Shown here: positions 1-12,540 of the stretch, in pieces
How positions within the stretch are numbered: position 1 is the first letter of the stretch
Layout: the number at the start of each line of letters is the position of its first letter
DNA from: Zygnema circumcarinatum SAG 698-1b
Lineage: Eukaryota; Plantae; Zygnematophyceae
NCBI GenBank assembly: GCA_037447605.1
Contig: CM074810.1
Span: 2,762,880 to 2,826,879, forward strand
Reading direction: 5' to 3'
Length of the DNA: 64,000 bases
Notes under the pieces: model-generated
What the model was told of the DNA's origin: nothing
Databases searched by the model: none
What the model saw: the letters and a program-made list of their open reading frames with translations, nothing else
Position numbers and translations under genes: made by a program

Positions 1-94
1 AGAAAAAAATGGCTGACTGACTTACTGACTGTCCCCAGAATTTAGTCTACAAATCGAGATACAGAACCCTCTCTCACCTTTCTCAGGCTCATTC

Positions 95-300
95 TCGCCC
101 CCTTCCTCCCTCTCTCTATTCATATACTTGCGAAAAGAGGAAGGAAATGTTCGACTCACATCCAAGAGGATGCAATTCTGAGGTTCAATTCCCCCCCCGT
201 TCCTCCCTTCCTCCTTCCTCTCTCTATACATATACTTGAGGAAGGAAATGTTCAACTTACCTCCAAGAGGATGAATATTTGAGGTTGAATTCCCTCTGCC
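95..300 (-). repeat. Degenerate tandem duplication (period ~108 bp) of the ADK exon-3 3' end plus its splice donor
   Basis: The real exon ends GAGGGAATTCAACCTCAAATATTCATCCTCTTGGAG|gtaagttgaacatttcc. The downstream copy reads GGGGGAATTGAACCTCAGAATTGCATCCTCTTGGAT|gtgagtcgaacatttcc. CATATACTTG occurs at about 121 and 229. Confidence 0.8.
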
Positions 301-2841
301 TTGAGAGCCGCTGCTTGCTTTGCGGTGCGCGGGTACCCGTCCAGCAGCCACCCCCTCTCGCGGGCATCATCCTCAGCGAGCCTGCTCTTCACAATCTGAA
401 GGAAACATACGAATAGATGGAGAGAGAGAGAGTGACATAACAAACGGAGCAGAGAGAAGGGCAGAGAGAGGTAATAGAGAGAGGGACATGAAAACGGAGC
501 AGAGAGAGGTAATAGAGAGAGAGACATAAAAAACGGAGCAGAGAGAAAGGGCAGAGAGAGGTAATAGAGAGAGAGACATAACAAACGGAGCAGAGAGAAG
601 GGCAGAGAGAGGTAATAGAGAGAGGGACATGAAAACGGAGCAGAGAGAGGTAATAGAGAGAGAGACATAAAAAACGGAGCAGAGAGAAAGGGCAGAGAGA
701 GGTAATAGAGAGAGAGACATGAAAACGGAGCAGAGAGAGGTAATAGAGAGAGAGACATAACAAACGGAGCAGAGAGAAAGGGCAGAGAGAGGTAATAGAG
801 AGAGAGACATGAAAACGGAGCAGCAGAGAGAGGTAATAGAGAGAGAGACATAACAAACGGAGCAGAGAGAAAGGGCAGAAAGAGGTAATAGAGAGAGAGA
901 CATGAAAACGGAGCAGAGAGAGGTAATAGAGAGAGAGACATAAAAACGGAGCAGAGAGAAGGGCAGAGAGAGGTAATAGAGAGAGAGACATAAAAACGGG
1001 GCAGAGAGAAAGGGCAGAGAGAGGTAATAGAGAGAGGGACATGAAAACGGAGCAGAGAGAGGTAATAGAGAGAGAGACATAAAAAACGGAGCAGAGAGAA
1101 AGGGCAGAGAGAGGTAATAGAGAGAGAGACATGAAAACGGAGCAGAGAGAGGTAATAGAGAGAGAGACATAAAAAACGGAGCAGAGAGAAAGGGCAGAGA
1201 GAGGTAATAGAGAGAGAGACATGAAAACGGAGCAGAGAGAGGTAATAGAGAGAGAGACATAACAAACGGAGCAGAGAGAAGGGCAGAGAGAGGTAATAGA
1301 GAGAGGGACATGAAAACGGAGCAGAGAGAGGTAATAGAGAGAGAGACATAAAAAACGGAGCAGAGAGAAAGGGCAGAGAGAGGTAATAGAGAGAGAGACA
1401 TGAAAACGGAGCAGAGAGCAGAGAGAGGTAATAGAGAGAGAGACATGAAAACGGAGCAGAGAGAGGTAATAGAGAGAGAGACATAAAAAACGGAGCAGAG
1501 AGAAAGGGCAGAGAGAGGTAATAGAGAGAGAGACATGAAAACGGAGCAGAGAGAGGTAATAGAGAGAGAGACATAACAAACGGAGCAGAGAGAAAGGGCA
1601 GAAAGAGGTAATAGAGAGAGAGACATGAAAACGGAGCAGAGAGAGGTAATAGAGAGAGAGACATAAAAACGGAGCAGAGAGAAGGGCAGAGAGAGGTAAT
1701 AGAGAGAGGGACATGAAAACGGAGCAGAGAGAGGTAATAGAGAGAGAGACATAAAAAACGGAGCAGAGAGAAAGGGCAGAGAGAGGTAATAGAGAGAGAG
1801 ACATAACAAACGGAGCAGAGAGAAGGGCAGAGAGAGGTAATAGAGAGAGGGACATGAAAACGGAGCAGAGAGAGGTAATAGAGAGAGAGACATAAAAAAC
1901 GGAGCAGAGAGAAAGGGCAGAGAGAGGTAATAGAGAGAGAGACATGAAAACGGAGCAGAGAGAGGTAATAGAGAGAGAGACATGAAAACGGAGCAGAGAG
2001 AGGTAATAGAGAGAGAGACATAAAAACGGAGCAGAGAGAAGGGCAGAGAGAGGTAATAGAGAGAGAGACATAAAAACGGGGCAGAGAGAAAGGGCAGAGA
2101 GAGGTAATAGAGAGAGAGACATAAAAACGGAGCAGGGAGAAAGGGCAGAGAGAGGTAATAGAGAGAGAGACATAAAAACGGGGCAGAGAGAAAGGGCAGA
2201 GAGAGGTAATAGAGAGAGAGACATAAAAACGGAGCAGGGAGAACAGGCAGAGAGAGGTAATAGAGAGAGAGACATAAAAAACGGAGTAGAGAGAAAGGGC
2301 AGAGAGAGGTAATAGAGAGAGAGAGTCGATCAGGTCAAAGAATTGAACATGTGAAAAGGAGGTCTTAAACCTATCAATCAATCAATGATTCAATTCATTG
2401 ATTAATTCACTCGATTCAATGAATTCAACGATTAACCAAATCGATGTAAGACATGTAATTGGCAGACATCTGAGTAGACGACTGAACTGAACGTACCATC
2501 TAATTAAGATAAAAAAAACAAATAAAAATGTTATATTTCACCACAGAAAGCCCTTTTTTTGTTTTCCATGCAAAATGTCTGTGACAAAACCTCTATAAAC
2601 AATGATTCTATAGAAAAAAAAAAAAAAAACAGCTTCTGCGACTCACAGAGGTGACCACTTCATCCGGAACGAGCATTCCCCCCTCCATGAATGCTTTCAC
2701 TTGCTCCCCGAACTCAGTCCCCGCCGCCACTTCGGCTCGAAGCAGATCGCCGGTCGATATGTGAGCTAGGCCGTACTGCACAGCCATGCAGGAAAGAGTC
2801 ACGTCACGTTCTGCTCAATGGAGCATAAGCACAGGATGACG

Positions 2842-2886
<45 letters not shown>

Positions 2887-3093
2887 TACTAAGGCTCGAA
2901 CTGCATTGGAGGGCAATAAGATGCAGCACAAGAACTCAACATAGAAAACGAATCGTTCCTAAGTTTGAAGTCACTGCACTGTGTGCTCGCGCACCTTCTT
3001 GACAATTTCCTCGCACTGCGTCCCCTTGCCGGAAGCAGGAGCGCCGGAGATGATCACTGTCAGAGGCCTCGAAGGCGCGGCGACTCCCTCCAT
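261..3093 (-). CDS. ADK: Adenylate kinase, first three coding exons (3093-2995, 2775-2647, 395-261); gene continues beyond the left edge
   Basis: Exon 1 MEGVAAPSRPLTVIISGAPASGKGTQCEEIVKK (P-loop GAPASGKGT), exon 2 YGLAHISTGDLLRAEV...LVPDEVV, exon 3 GWLLDGYPRT. All junctions are GT-AG and phase 0. An upstream targeting-peptide exon cannot be excluded. Confidence 0.93.
420..2325 (+). repeat. ~1.9 kb GA-rich minisatellite in ADK intron 2, with alternating ~38-bp and ~51-bp units
   Basis: The short unit gagagagagacatgaaaacggagcagagagaggtaata alternates with the long unit gagagagagacataaaaaacggagcagagagaaagggcagagagaggtaata. Confidence 0.95.
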
Positions 3094-4594
3094 CGCCGGA
3101 TGAGTTCAGGCACTCAGAAGGAAGTAAGCGCTGCTGGTCGGGGAGCAGCAGAGAGAGGCAGGGAAAGGAGGAGGGGGAGGGGGAGGGGGAGGAGGAGGGG
3201 GAGGGGGAGGGGGAGGGGGCGATGGATGTATGGGAAAGAGTAGGGGGAACGAGGGAGTGGGTCTGAATGTGGAGAAAGGAGAGAGGGAGAGGGAGAGGAA
3301 AAGGGTGACGAAGAGGGCGAGGGAGAGGGTGAAGACGAGGGAGAGGGAGAGGGAAGAGGAAGAGGAAGAGGGAGAGGGTGAGGAAGAGGAGAGGGAGAAG
3401 AGAGATTGAGGGAAAGGGCAATGGCAAGGGAGAGGCCAACGGCGAGGGAGAGGGTGAAGAGGGAGGAGAGAGGGGGGGAGGGAGAGGTAGGGAAGACAAG
3501 AGGGAGAGCGGGAGGAAGGTGTCGAAGAGGGAGAGCGGGAGATGGGGAGGGTCAGAGGGCGCGCGTCAGACAAAATAGGGACGTACGAAATTTCCCAAAC
3601 GACAACCGCTTGTACTGTATGTCTTTTTTAGCAAGGCCTGCAGCGAATGCGAGCCCGAAACCTGTCGGTAGGCTCACGTCAGCAAACGACAATCGAGCAG
3701 CCATTTTTGTCGGTTTTGCAGAGCAAGGAGATATCGCCACATCGCCAGCGTATCGGCCATGACCGTCACGGTTTGCCGGCCACAGGCTCCAGCCGGTGGC
3801 TTTATTGGGGCCCTTCCGCCGGCCAGAAGAAACGTCCGCACAAAAGACAGTATGCAATAGCCGGCACGAGTTGCCAATCGTATCGTCAAGCCGGCGATAT
3901 AGAGATAAAATGACTGTTGACGAAAACGACAAGCTTGTGATTCGTCGCACAAGCAAATACCGTACATGCCTGTCATCAGTACGGATAGTTGGTCGGTGGA
4001 TTGTGATTGGTTACAGGACTCCTACTGACGTAATCAACGTGGAGTTAGCGTATCTTTGTCGTGACCTTAACGAGACCAGCCGTTAAAACCATACTCTTCT
4101 GACGTTATTGCCACGTCCAACCGTACCCTCAACCACAAACTCCGGCTCCTGATTGGTCGAAGATGCCACGTAGGCGTTGACTAATGGGGTAGTGGAGCAA
4201 GCGTGAGTTGGGCGCCCTAGGGAAAAATTCAAGAAAAAACAAGGAAAATGATACAGCGGCCCCACTTTTTGGATATCGGCGCCCCCTTTTGGGAAAAAAA
4301 TGTACTTTTTTTTTTTGCAGCCAGCGGGGTCCAATCAAAGCACAACACGTGGAACAGAGAGACACGTGGTACCCTCGGAATGGCTTTTTTTTGCCGAGTT
4401 GAAACCAGTGGAATCTGGCTTTCAGGGTATCCCGATACGATACTATACAATATGATACTATACGATACGGTGCGATATGGTACGGTACCAGGCCTGCAGC
4501 TTGGATTCTCCTGCTGCTTCCTGTCCAAGCTTCCAGCCATGGCGGCTCCTCCCCTTCCTGCTGGGTCTCCCTCTTCACCTTGCAGCTCGCAGGC

Positions 4595-6493
4595 ATGGCT
4601 ACCACGGCAGCCATGGCGCCTGCCTTCGCCACCTCCCCTTCCTCCTCCCCCTCCTCTCCCTGGCTTCCTCTCCTTACTTCCGGCCGCCTCTCCGACGTGA
4701 CGGTGGTAGTGGACGGCATTGCCCACAGACTGCACCGCTTCCCCTTGTTCGCGCGCAGCCTCTACTTCGACGAGCTCTTCGATGACTTCTGCAAAGAGGG
4801 CGCGGAAAGCTTGAACTTTGTGTGCGAGCTCTCCCTTCCGGGAGGGTATGCCACCTTCCGCCTGGTGGCGGAGTTCTGCTATGGCGGCGCGCCGGCCCTG
4901 ACGGCGGAGACGGCGGTGCAGGTGCTGCTGGCGGCGGGGCAGCTGCGGATGACGGAGGAGCATTGCAGGAACAATTTGATCGAGTTCTGCAGGAGCTTTT
5001 TGAAGGAGAGAGTGTATTCCGACTGGAAGAAGTCGCTGTTGTTGCTGGAAAGGTTCGACATTACGTTGCTTGAGAATCAGTTGATTGCTGATGTGCCGGA
5101 CAAGTGCCAGGAAGCAATCGCTGGTGAGTGTAGCGTCTCTCCCCCTCTCCCTCTCCCTCTCCCTCCCCGTCTCCCTCTCTCCTTCTCCCTCTCCCTCTCC
5201 CCCCTCTCCCTCCCTCTCCCTCTCCCTCTCCCTCTCCTTCCTCTCCCTCTTCCTCTCCTTTTCCAACTCCAACTCCCTCTCCCTCTCCATCTCCTTCTCC
5301 CTCTCCCTCTCTCTTTACTGCTCCTCTGCAGGCTGTATGGTGAATTGATACCAAAGCTTCCAGGCTGGATGTTGTGATTCCTCTACTCCCTCTGCTTCTT
5401 TTGACCTTTTGAAAATCATTGTCTCGCAACAATTTGGTTCTTTATCGCTATTCTGGTTGACTGGCTGAATGACTGAATGACCGACTGACTGACTCGTGCA
5501 GGTCAGTTAGCACAAGTGCATGACCATACTTCAAAGATAGAGGAAACTCTCAGCATCTTCAGGAAGTCGACTGCCCTGCAGTTCCCTTTCCTGCAAGGCG
5601 TAATCGCCAAGTTGCGAGCCCGAAAGCTGACATTTGTGCCTGTCGGAAATCTCCTCGCTGCCGATAGCCATCGTTGGCTGCTTCACAAAGAACTTGACGT
5701 CTATCTTCGGAAGCAGCCTGTGACTTTATCAAATGGATCAGGTTTAGAAGGGGATTCTGCAGAATTCAAGAGGCGAAACATGCAAACCATCCTCGAGTAC
5801 CTCGTGGATGCTTTGGAGTTTTGTCAAGACAGTTCAGAGAATGCGGAAGGAGCGTCTCATTCTCTCGCATACAAAGTTACTTTATTGAAATGCTGCCATA
5901 AGCTTAGACTTGAGAATCATCAGGAGAGGTTGGAGCTCCTTTTGAAAAAGGACTTCTTTAGCTTCTCTCTCGCAGACATGAAGGAGTTGGATCTGGAAAT
6001 TATGCAGTCTCTGGTCGACCGATATATAAGAAAACGAAAGCAAGAGAACAATGCAGCTCTTCCTGTGCTTTCCATGGTAGATGTGTTAGACAGTTACCTT
6101 CTTTGGATAGCCTGCGAGTCTGCCGAAGTTCATCCTCATCGATTCCAATCTTTAGTTGAAGCTCTTCCGAGCGAGGAACGTGAGAACTGTGATACTTTAT
6201 ATGATGCAGTCGACCGTTTTTTGGAAAGAAATCCAGATGTGAATCCGGGAGATCGACTCCGCCTTTGCGAGAATTTGGATCCCTTCAAACTTTCGGAAGA
6301 GAAGACGGAGCATGCAGTACAGAATTCGCGTATCTCGCTTCCGCCCCGGTTTTATGCCAACTTGTTTTTGGCGCAAAAAAATCGCATGCAATCGCTGCAA
6401 GGAGAAGTGAAGGAGCTCCGGAAAAGGCTATCAACAAAAGATTTGGCGCTTTCAAGTATTCCAACGCAAGAGGTTGCTGTTTTGCAAGAAAAG
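4595..6493 (+). CDS. NPH3/RPT2-like (NRL) BTB/POZ + NPH3 domain protein, exons 4595-5123 and 5502-6493
   Basis: BTB motifs SDVTVVVDGIAHRLHRFPLFARS, PGGYATFRLVAEFCYG, LRMTE..NNL; NPH3 C-terminal motifs DSYLLWIA, FQSLVEALP, DTLYDAVDRFL, LCENLDPFKLS, HAVQN, then a coiled coil. The phase-1 intron (G|gtgagt...gcag|GT) keeps the frame. Confidence 0.88.
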
Positions 6494-6672
6494 GTGACCT
6501 ATTTGCGTTTTTTTTCCCCCTTATTTCCCCATTTTTTTCACATTTTTATGTGATGCGATCAGGATGTTGTTTTTTCACTGCAATCAATTGATCAAATGCT
6601 CGTGGAAAGACAATCTAAACGTTTACTAACTGATTTTAGAATGGGCTGAATTCCTTTCTGAATGAGATGCAG

Positions 6673-7560
6673 AAAGATCCGGTAATCATCGAAGGGCCGA
6701 ATATGGAAATCAGATGTGACTTTTCGGTCGGACATTTAGTCGTTGGTAGAGACGGAACTATCTGGGCGGCGGGTCCTGATGGGCTCTCCTATTGGCGGAA
6801 AGATGAAGGGTTGAGCTTCAAGGAAGTGAACAGCTGCTGCATCTCATCTTTATCTCTAGATGAGGAAGGATGTTTGTTGGTCGGCTGTTGGAATGGAGAT
6901 ATAATAGTATTGGAAAACCAAAAGTCTTTCAACTATTCTGCCGCTGTGAATGCTCACACTGGACTAGTAACAGCTCTGCTATCCACTTCATCTCGTAAGC
7001 AGTATTATTCAGGAGGAGAAGATAGCAAGATGAAGGAGTGGACCCGAGATGGGTCCTCCTTAAAACTCATTTGGGTATCTCCGGCTGGTGATAAGGGACA
7101 CAAAGGGACTATCACTGCCCTCTGTGAAGACATAAATGGTCACATTTGGTCAGCCGCTAACGATGGGACGATAAAGTGTTGGAAAGACAAGTTGTGCATA
7201 CGAACTATGACCGGAGATCCGGGGCGTGTTCTTTCTATTGTTGCGGAAAAGTACTTGTGGGTGGGGGGGCCTGATGGTAAGGTGATGTGTTGGAATTTAG
7301 AGGGAGAGCTTTTGTCCGTTATGGAGGGACATTCGGACTCGGTTCAGGCTTTGGCTTTAGGGAAGGATGGAGTTCTATGGTCTGCAGGTCATGACAATGT
7401 TATTAGGGGATGGAAGGGGCCTTGGAAGGAAGGGAGATGTGTGGCGATCATGAAGGGACATGAACATTGGATTTGGGTACTGGCTATGGCTCCAGATGGG
7501 AGCCTATGGTCTGCCAGTGCAGATACGACAATGATGATGTGGAAACCACAGATTGCATGA
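6673..7560 (+). CDS. WD40-repeat beta-propeller exon, probably the last exon of the NRL gene
   Basis: GH/AH...WK repeats (AHTGLVTAL..SGGEDSKMKEW, GHKGTITAL..DGTIKCW, GHSDSVQAL..DNVIRGW, GHEHWIWVL..DTTMMMW). The phase-0 donor at 6494 and acceptor gatgcag|AAA at 6672 join it in frame to the NRL exon. An independent start at ATG 6667 is also possible. Confidence 0.85.
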   Translation, partial: KDPVIIEGPNMEIRCDFSVGHLVVGRDGTIWAAGPDGLSYWRKDEGLSFKEVNSCCISSLSLDEEGCLLVGCWNGDIIVLENQKSFNYSAAVNAHTGLVTALLSTSSRKQYYSGGEDSKMKEWTRDGSSLKLIWVSPAGDKGHKGTITALCEDINGHIWSAANDGTIKCWKDKLCIRTMTGDPGRVLSIVAEKYLWVGGPDGKVMCWNLEGELLSVMEGHSDSVQALALGKDGVLWSAGHDNVIRGWKGPWKEGRCVAIMKGHEHWIWVLAMAPDGSLWSASADTTMMMWKPQIA

Positions 7561-9405
7561 AGCGGCAGTTGAGCGTTGGTGAGTTGCAGTTCATCCCTTT
7601 TGTGAATGCTGGATTTTGTAAACATGTTGCTTTGGACTTGAGCATGAGGAGGAGGCTTCCTAGTGCCTGTCGTTTGGAAGGTGAATAGTGGTTGAGAGGA
7701 AGGAGGAAATGGAGCGGGGGAGTGGAAGGAAGTAGAGAGAGAGTGTGAGAGTGGTATGAAGAGAGGGAGAGTGAGTGTGGGATGAAGGAAGAGTGAGAGT
7801 GGGATGAATTGACGGAGAGTGAGAGGGATGACAAAGGGTAAATAGAGAAATAAGTCGTCGAGAAGCGAACAGTTGAAATGATTTTATCGGCAGTTCTGCT
7901 TCCCTAAAATCCTCCCTTGGATTGGAGGAGGAGCCAGCAGGGTCAATACAGACGTTGATATGTCTCTCGTTACTGATTGGCATTTCTGGCGTTAAAATGA
8001 ACTGCAGGCGCGTGTGCTTCTATGGAGACAATCGTTTTATTACGTTGTGCCTCATTGGTGCATATGCACAGATATTTTGCCTATAGTGTTGCGGGCAGCT
8101 GGGGCTATTTCAGGCTTCATTTCCAGCAGAGGCATTTTATTATGGAGGTTGGCTATCGGTGTTGATATGTGACGCAACGGCAATGGCAATGGCAACGGCA
8201 ATGGGCACTAGGCAGAATGTGAACGGACTTTTATGGGTACGTTATGTGTTACGATCTGCTGGAAAATGCAGCCTATATATTTTACTTACATTCTATTTAA
8301 ATCGCAAAATAGAATAAAGCTTCGCTTCTCATTTTAATGTCTGTTTTTTTAACATCAGTGTGCGTTTGAGGGTTTACGGGGGAGGGGGGAGGGGGAGGGA
8401 TATTGTATTGGTGAGCATTGAAGGAGGCACACATTATTAGTTCTACCTCTACATGAGATGAAAGGGGAAAAATTTTAGAGTATTGTCATTTTCCAAAATC
8501 CTTCCGTTCCATGATGCCACTTCCGACTCTCTTCCCCGTTGTCTCTCCCACCCTCTCTCAAGCCCCATACCTTCGTCCCTACATCCCATGCTTTTCTCTC
8601 TACTCATCTACTCCTCCCCTCTCTTCCTTCTACTTCCACTCTCTCACCTCTCCATCACTCCCCTTCCCTCCCCACCCTCTCGACCCACCCATGAAACTTC
8701 AAATTGCTGACCTTGATCTGCAGTGGTCTTCTAGTCCTTTTGGAAATCGAAAACCACAATTGTAGACCCAACAAAGCTTTTTGTTTACCGGAAGGACAAA
8801 ATTGTCTTAAAACACTGCGAGCAGAATTTCTGCTCGTTTTATTTCCCTATAAACTCTACATTAATGTACGAAACCGTGGTGGGTTCGGATCCCAGACCGA
8901 AAACTCTCGACCTATTGTTCAAAAACCTCCATCTTGACGTAGGTTTCACATCTCCAAGTGGATTCAGACTCCATGATAAAAATGGAGTACAGCAATCTAA
9001 ACGTAGGGGTAACTAACTAGTAGCTAACTTTTGAGCACATGATAACATACAAGGTCAAAAGATTAGCGCAGGCAAGTCTCCTACCTATTAGGGCTGTAAA
9101 TAATAATAACCCAATATTCATACCCTATTTAAAGCTTTTTCAACTATTTTCAGATTAGGGTTCCTATGATTTGTACACTCTTCAGGGTTCTAATACCCCC
9201 AACTGTACTATATATACAGTGGCCAGTCAGCCAGCAGCTTGCATCGATGGCATCCCTTCGTTCACTGAAAGACTGGCTCTTCTGTAATTGAATTACATGC
9301 TGGGTTCGGAGTGCCATAAAAACACGCCAGCAATGGAGTTGTAAAGACTGATTAGATATAATTTAAAGATAGAAACCCGTAGTCATAGGTTATGGCCTCC
9401 CTAAA

Positions 9406-12171
9406 TCAGAAACTAAACCTTCTCGTAGCCGGCTTCTTCTTTTTCTCATAGTCTTTAATCAACGCCAGAGTGGAGTCCGCATCCAAGTGTCCTTGATCCG
9501 CCGCCTTCTTCAGAGCAACTTGCGCCATTTCTATATCTTTCGTTACGCCCCGTCCGTTCAAATAGCACGCTCCCATGTTAAACTGAGCGTCCTTGAACCC
9601 CTGCTCCGCCGACCTCTTGAACAACTCGAAAGCCCTCTTCTCATCCTTAGGAACCCCTTGTCCACTGTAGTAACACATCCCCAACCTGTTTTCAGCCTTA
9701 GCATAGCCTTGCTCTGCCGCTTTCGTGAGCATTCTCACTGCCTGTGCCAAGTCCTTTGTAATGATTCCGTTACCATTCGCAAATATGACGCCCAACTGAT
9801 ACTGGGCTTCTGCATGTCCTTGATTTGCCGCTTTCTGTAGCAGCTCTACGGCGCGTTTCATATCCCTTGCTACACCACCTCCAATCATGTAAAGCAGCCC
9901 CAAATTGCATAAAGCACCTGCATGACCGACATCTGCCGCCTTCGTATACATGACAGAGGCTCGTTTCAAATCCCGGGAAATGCCGGTTCCATGTTGATAA
10001 CAGCATCCTAACTCGAAGAGGGCATCCACGTGTTCCTTGTCAGCTGCTTTCTTGTAGAGCTCCACCGCCCGTGGAATGTCTCGACGGACTCCCAAGCCCT
10101 GCATGTAACACGATGCCAACTCAACTTGAGCGTCTTCCAACCCTTGACCGGCTGCCCTCTCCAACAGTTCAACAGCCTTTTCTAGGTCTATTTGCACCCC
10201 ATTCCCGGTCTTGAAACACAACCCTAATTTGCACTGTGCCTTCAAAACACCCTTCTCTGCAGCACGTGTGTAAATCTGAACGGCCTGTTCCATGTCCATG
10301 GGGACTCCTCTGCCGTTCTCGTAGCACAGACCTAAACGGAAAAGTGCGCCCAAATGCCCCTGATTCGCCGCATTCCTGTAAAAAGTCACCGCCTGCTCGA
10401 AATCCGGCACTAACCCAGCTCTCCCCTCCTCACATTGCACCCCCAAGCGATAGGACGAATCCCCTTGATCTCCACTTTCCACTACCATAGAGTTTCCCTC
10501 ATCCCTACTTTCAATTCTCCCAGAATTTTGTTGATCCCCATTACCCATACTTGCGGAATTATCTGCAGGTGTGTTCAGTTCAATAGAGCTGATTCTCCTC
10601 AAATCACTAATTTCCTTCGAGGACCGTCTCGAGCTCTTCGCCCGTTCTACGAGGCTACGAACACAAAAATTGTCAACAAGACGAAGATCTCCAGTTCTGG
10701 GGTCAGTTTCAAGTATTTCATTTGTTAATGGGTCGGTTCGGTGCCCTCCTTGAAACCACTCTTGAATGCATTTTCTGTCATATGTATGCCCGGAATCCAA
10801 CATGACAGGATCCTCCATAATGTGGAAACATATGGGGCAGATGAGCTCAGGAGAAGCGTTATCAGGGTCTGCCTCGTCGACTACATTGCCTGCCACTTTG
10901 GAGGCAAGAAGTCCAATAATCGCTTGAATGTAGTGCTCCTCTTCTGATTGCTTGTCGGATACAGCGCGCTCCATATCCGCCTTCATCTCCTCCATGAACA
11001 TTCCGATCTACACAAGAACATGCCATGCATAATGGGTGAGTTGATAAGTGAGCGATACCTCGACATCATGCATGGCCATAGGCCAATTATGCGCACAAAC
11101 ATGACAAAAAAGCATGACTGCACGCAATGCATATGTAATGTCGATCACACTCGACTGCACGTGGAGTTCAAAACCAATTCTCACTAAACTAAGACAACCC
11201 AACTCAAAAAAAGTCCACCTCCTTGAGAAAGAGCGGGTCCCACCTCCTGCTGCGTGACCTCCCTCTCCTCCAGAAGGCGGCTCACAAGCGCGTCCACCGA
11301 CTCCGGCTTGTCCACCGCCGCCCCCCCCAACAGCGCCGCATTCTGCGCCCTCTCCTCCTCCCCCGCCCTCNNNNNNNNNNCCCGCAACTCTCGAGGAGTC
11401 CATGGATGTTCTGAATCTTGGGATCACCCGTGAGTAGCTGCAAAATGATGAGGCCGAGGGCGTACACGTCGGCAGTGGATGTGAGCATTCCCTTCCGTGC
11501 ATGCTCCGGCGCCATGTACCTGTGAGGAGGCAAGGAAAGGGAGACCTTGGAGAGATGAATAAATCCCATCCCCACAAAGAAGTAGAGGAGGGCGGGAAGG
11601 AGAACTGCTGAAGCGGCAAGAAAGCAGATTGGAATATGACGTACCCGGGAGTGCCTCGGAAATTGCGGGTTTTGACTGTTCCCTCAAACAACCTAGCGAG
11701 CCCCATGTCTGCCAGTTTGGAGGTGAGGTTCCCGCCCAATAGCACATTCTCCGGCTTCATATCGCAATGGAGGAGGTTCTTCTTATGCATGAACAGCAGA
11801 GCGGACGCCATCTCGTAGCATATTCGGATGCGGTCCGCCCAACCAAGGGGGGGATACTTGGCAGCAGGGCCTTTCAGGCGGTCCTGGAGGCTCCCTCCGC
11901 TCATCAGCTCACTCACAACGCAGCGCGCTTCGGGGCTCCATCCCATGAACTGCACAATGTGGGGATGGCGCAGCCGGCTTAAAGCCGCCACCTCCTCCTC
12001 GAACCCCTTCAAGGGGCCGCTCTCATGCAGCCTCTTCACCGCCACAGGGGTGCCGAACAGCAGTCCTCTGTAGACCGATCCAAAGGCTCCTTTTCCGAGC
12101 AGGTTTGTGTCGGAGAAGCTGTCGGTGATCTCCGCCATAAGGCTTTCCGGGAAGGTATCAGGCATTGCCAT
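9406..12171 (-). CDS. Paralogue 1: Ser/Thr kinase - [gap] - helical linker - U-box - short linker - 9 Sel1 repeats (exons 12171-11645, 11519-gap-11244, 11007-9406)
   Basis: Kinase motifs GKGAFG, VAVK, HCDMKPENVLL, LADMGLAR, GTPG|YMAPE; U-box [40 protein letters not shown]; nine ~36-aa Sel1 units (AxxxLGxxYxxGxGVxxDxxxAxxxyxxAA). GT-AG junctions are in phase. A 10-N gap at 11371-11380 hides the middle. Confidence 0.85.
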
Positions 12172-12540
12172 TCCGGCTTCGCAGTGAGAGGGAGGGAGAG
12201 AGAGAGAGAGAGTTTGGTATTTATAAGGCGGCCGCCTGCCTTATCTCTAAACTCAACACTTGAGAAATTTCTGAGCTCCGGGCTGAGGTCAGCGGGACAC
12301 CGCGAACTTTCTGTTCCCGCCCCACAGATTTGAGTCACTTTAGAACAAAACCAATGCAGGTCCAAGAGAGTCCAATCTGTTGGATTTGGAAGACGATAAG
12401 CTTTTGTTTGCCAAAGTTCACTTGCAGTATAAAAACAACCTTAAGCCACCTTCTAAATGTAGAAGCACTATCCACAGCGCTGTTTCGCCATGCCAGGCCC
12501 CTCTGTATGCTATGACATTCAAGACATCAGTCGTCTGCCG

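Noticed and set aside
252-2381. Three overlapping 500-700 aa ORFs on the minus strand
   Set aside because: They are translations of the intronic minisatellite; the CT-rich strand simply lacks stop codons. Only 395-261 is a real exon.
3552-4086. ORFs 3552-3956 (-) and 3796-4086 (+) between ADK and the NRL gene
   Set aside because: They have no recognisable motifs and overlap each other; the region is most simply a divergent promoter.
9406-11007. Bacterial (horizontal) origin of the long intron-free Sel1 exon
   Set aside because: Sel1 repeats are widespread in eukaryotes and the exon is embedded in spliced genes; this cannot be argued without a phylogeny.
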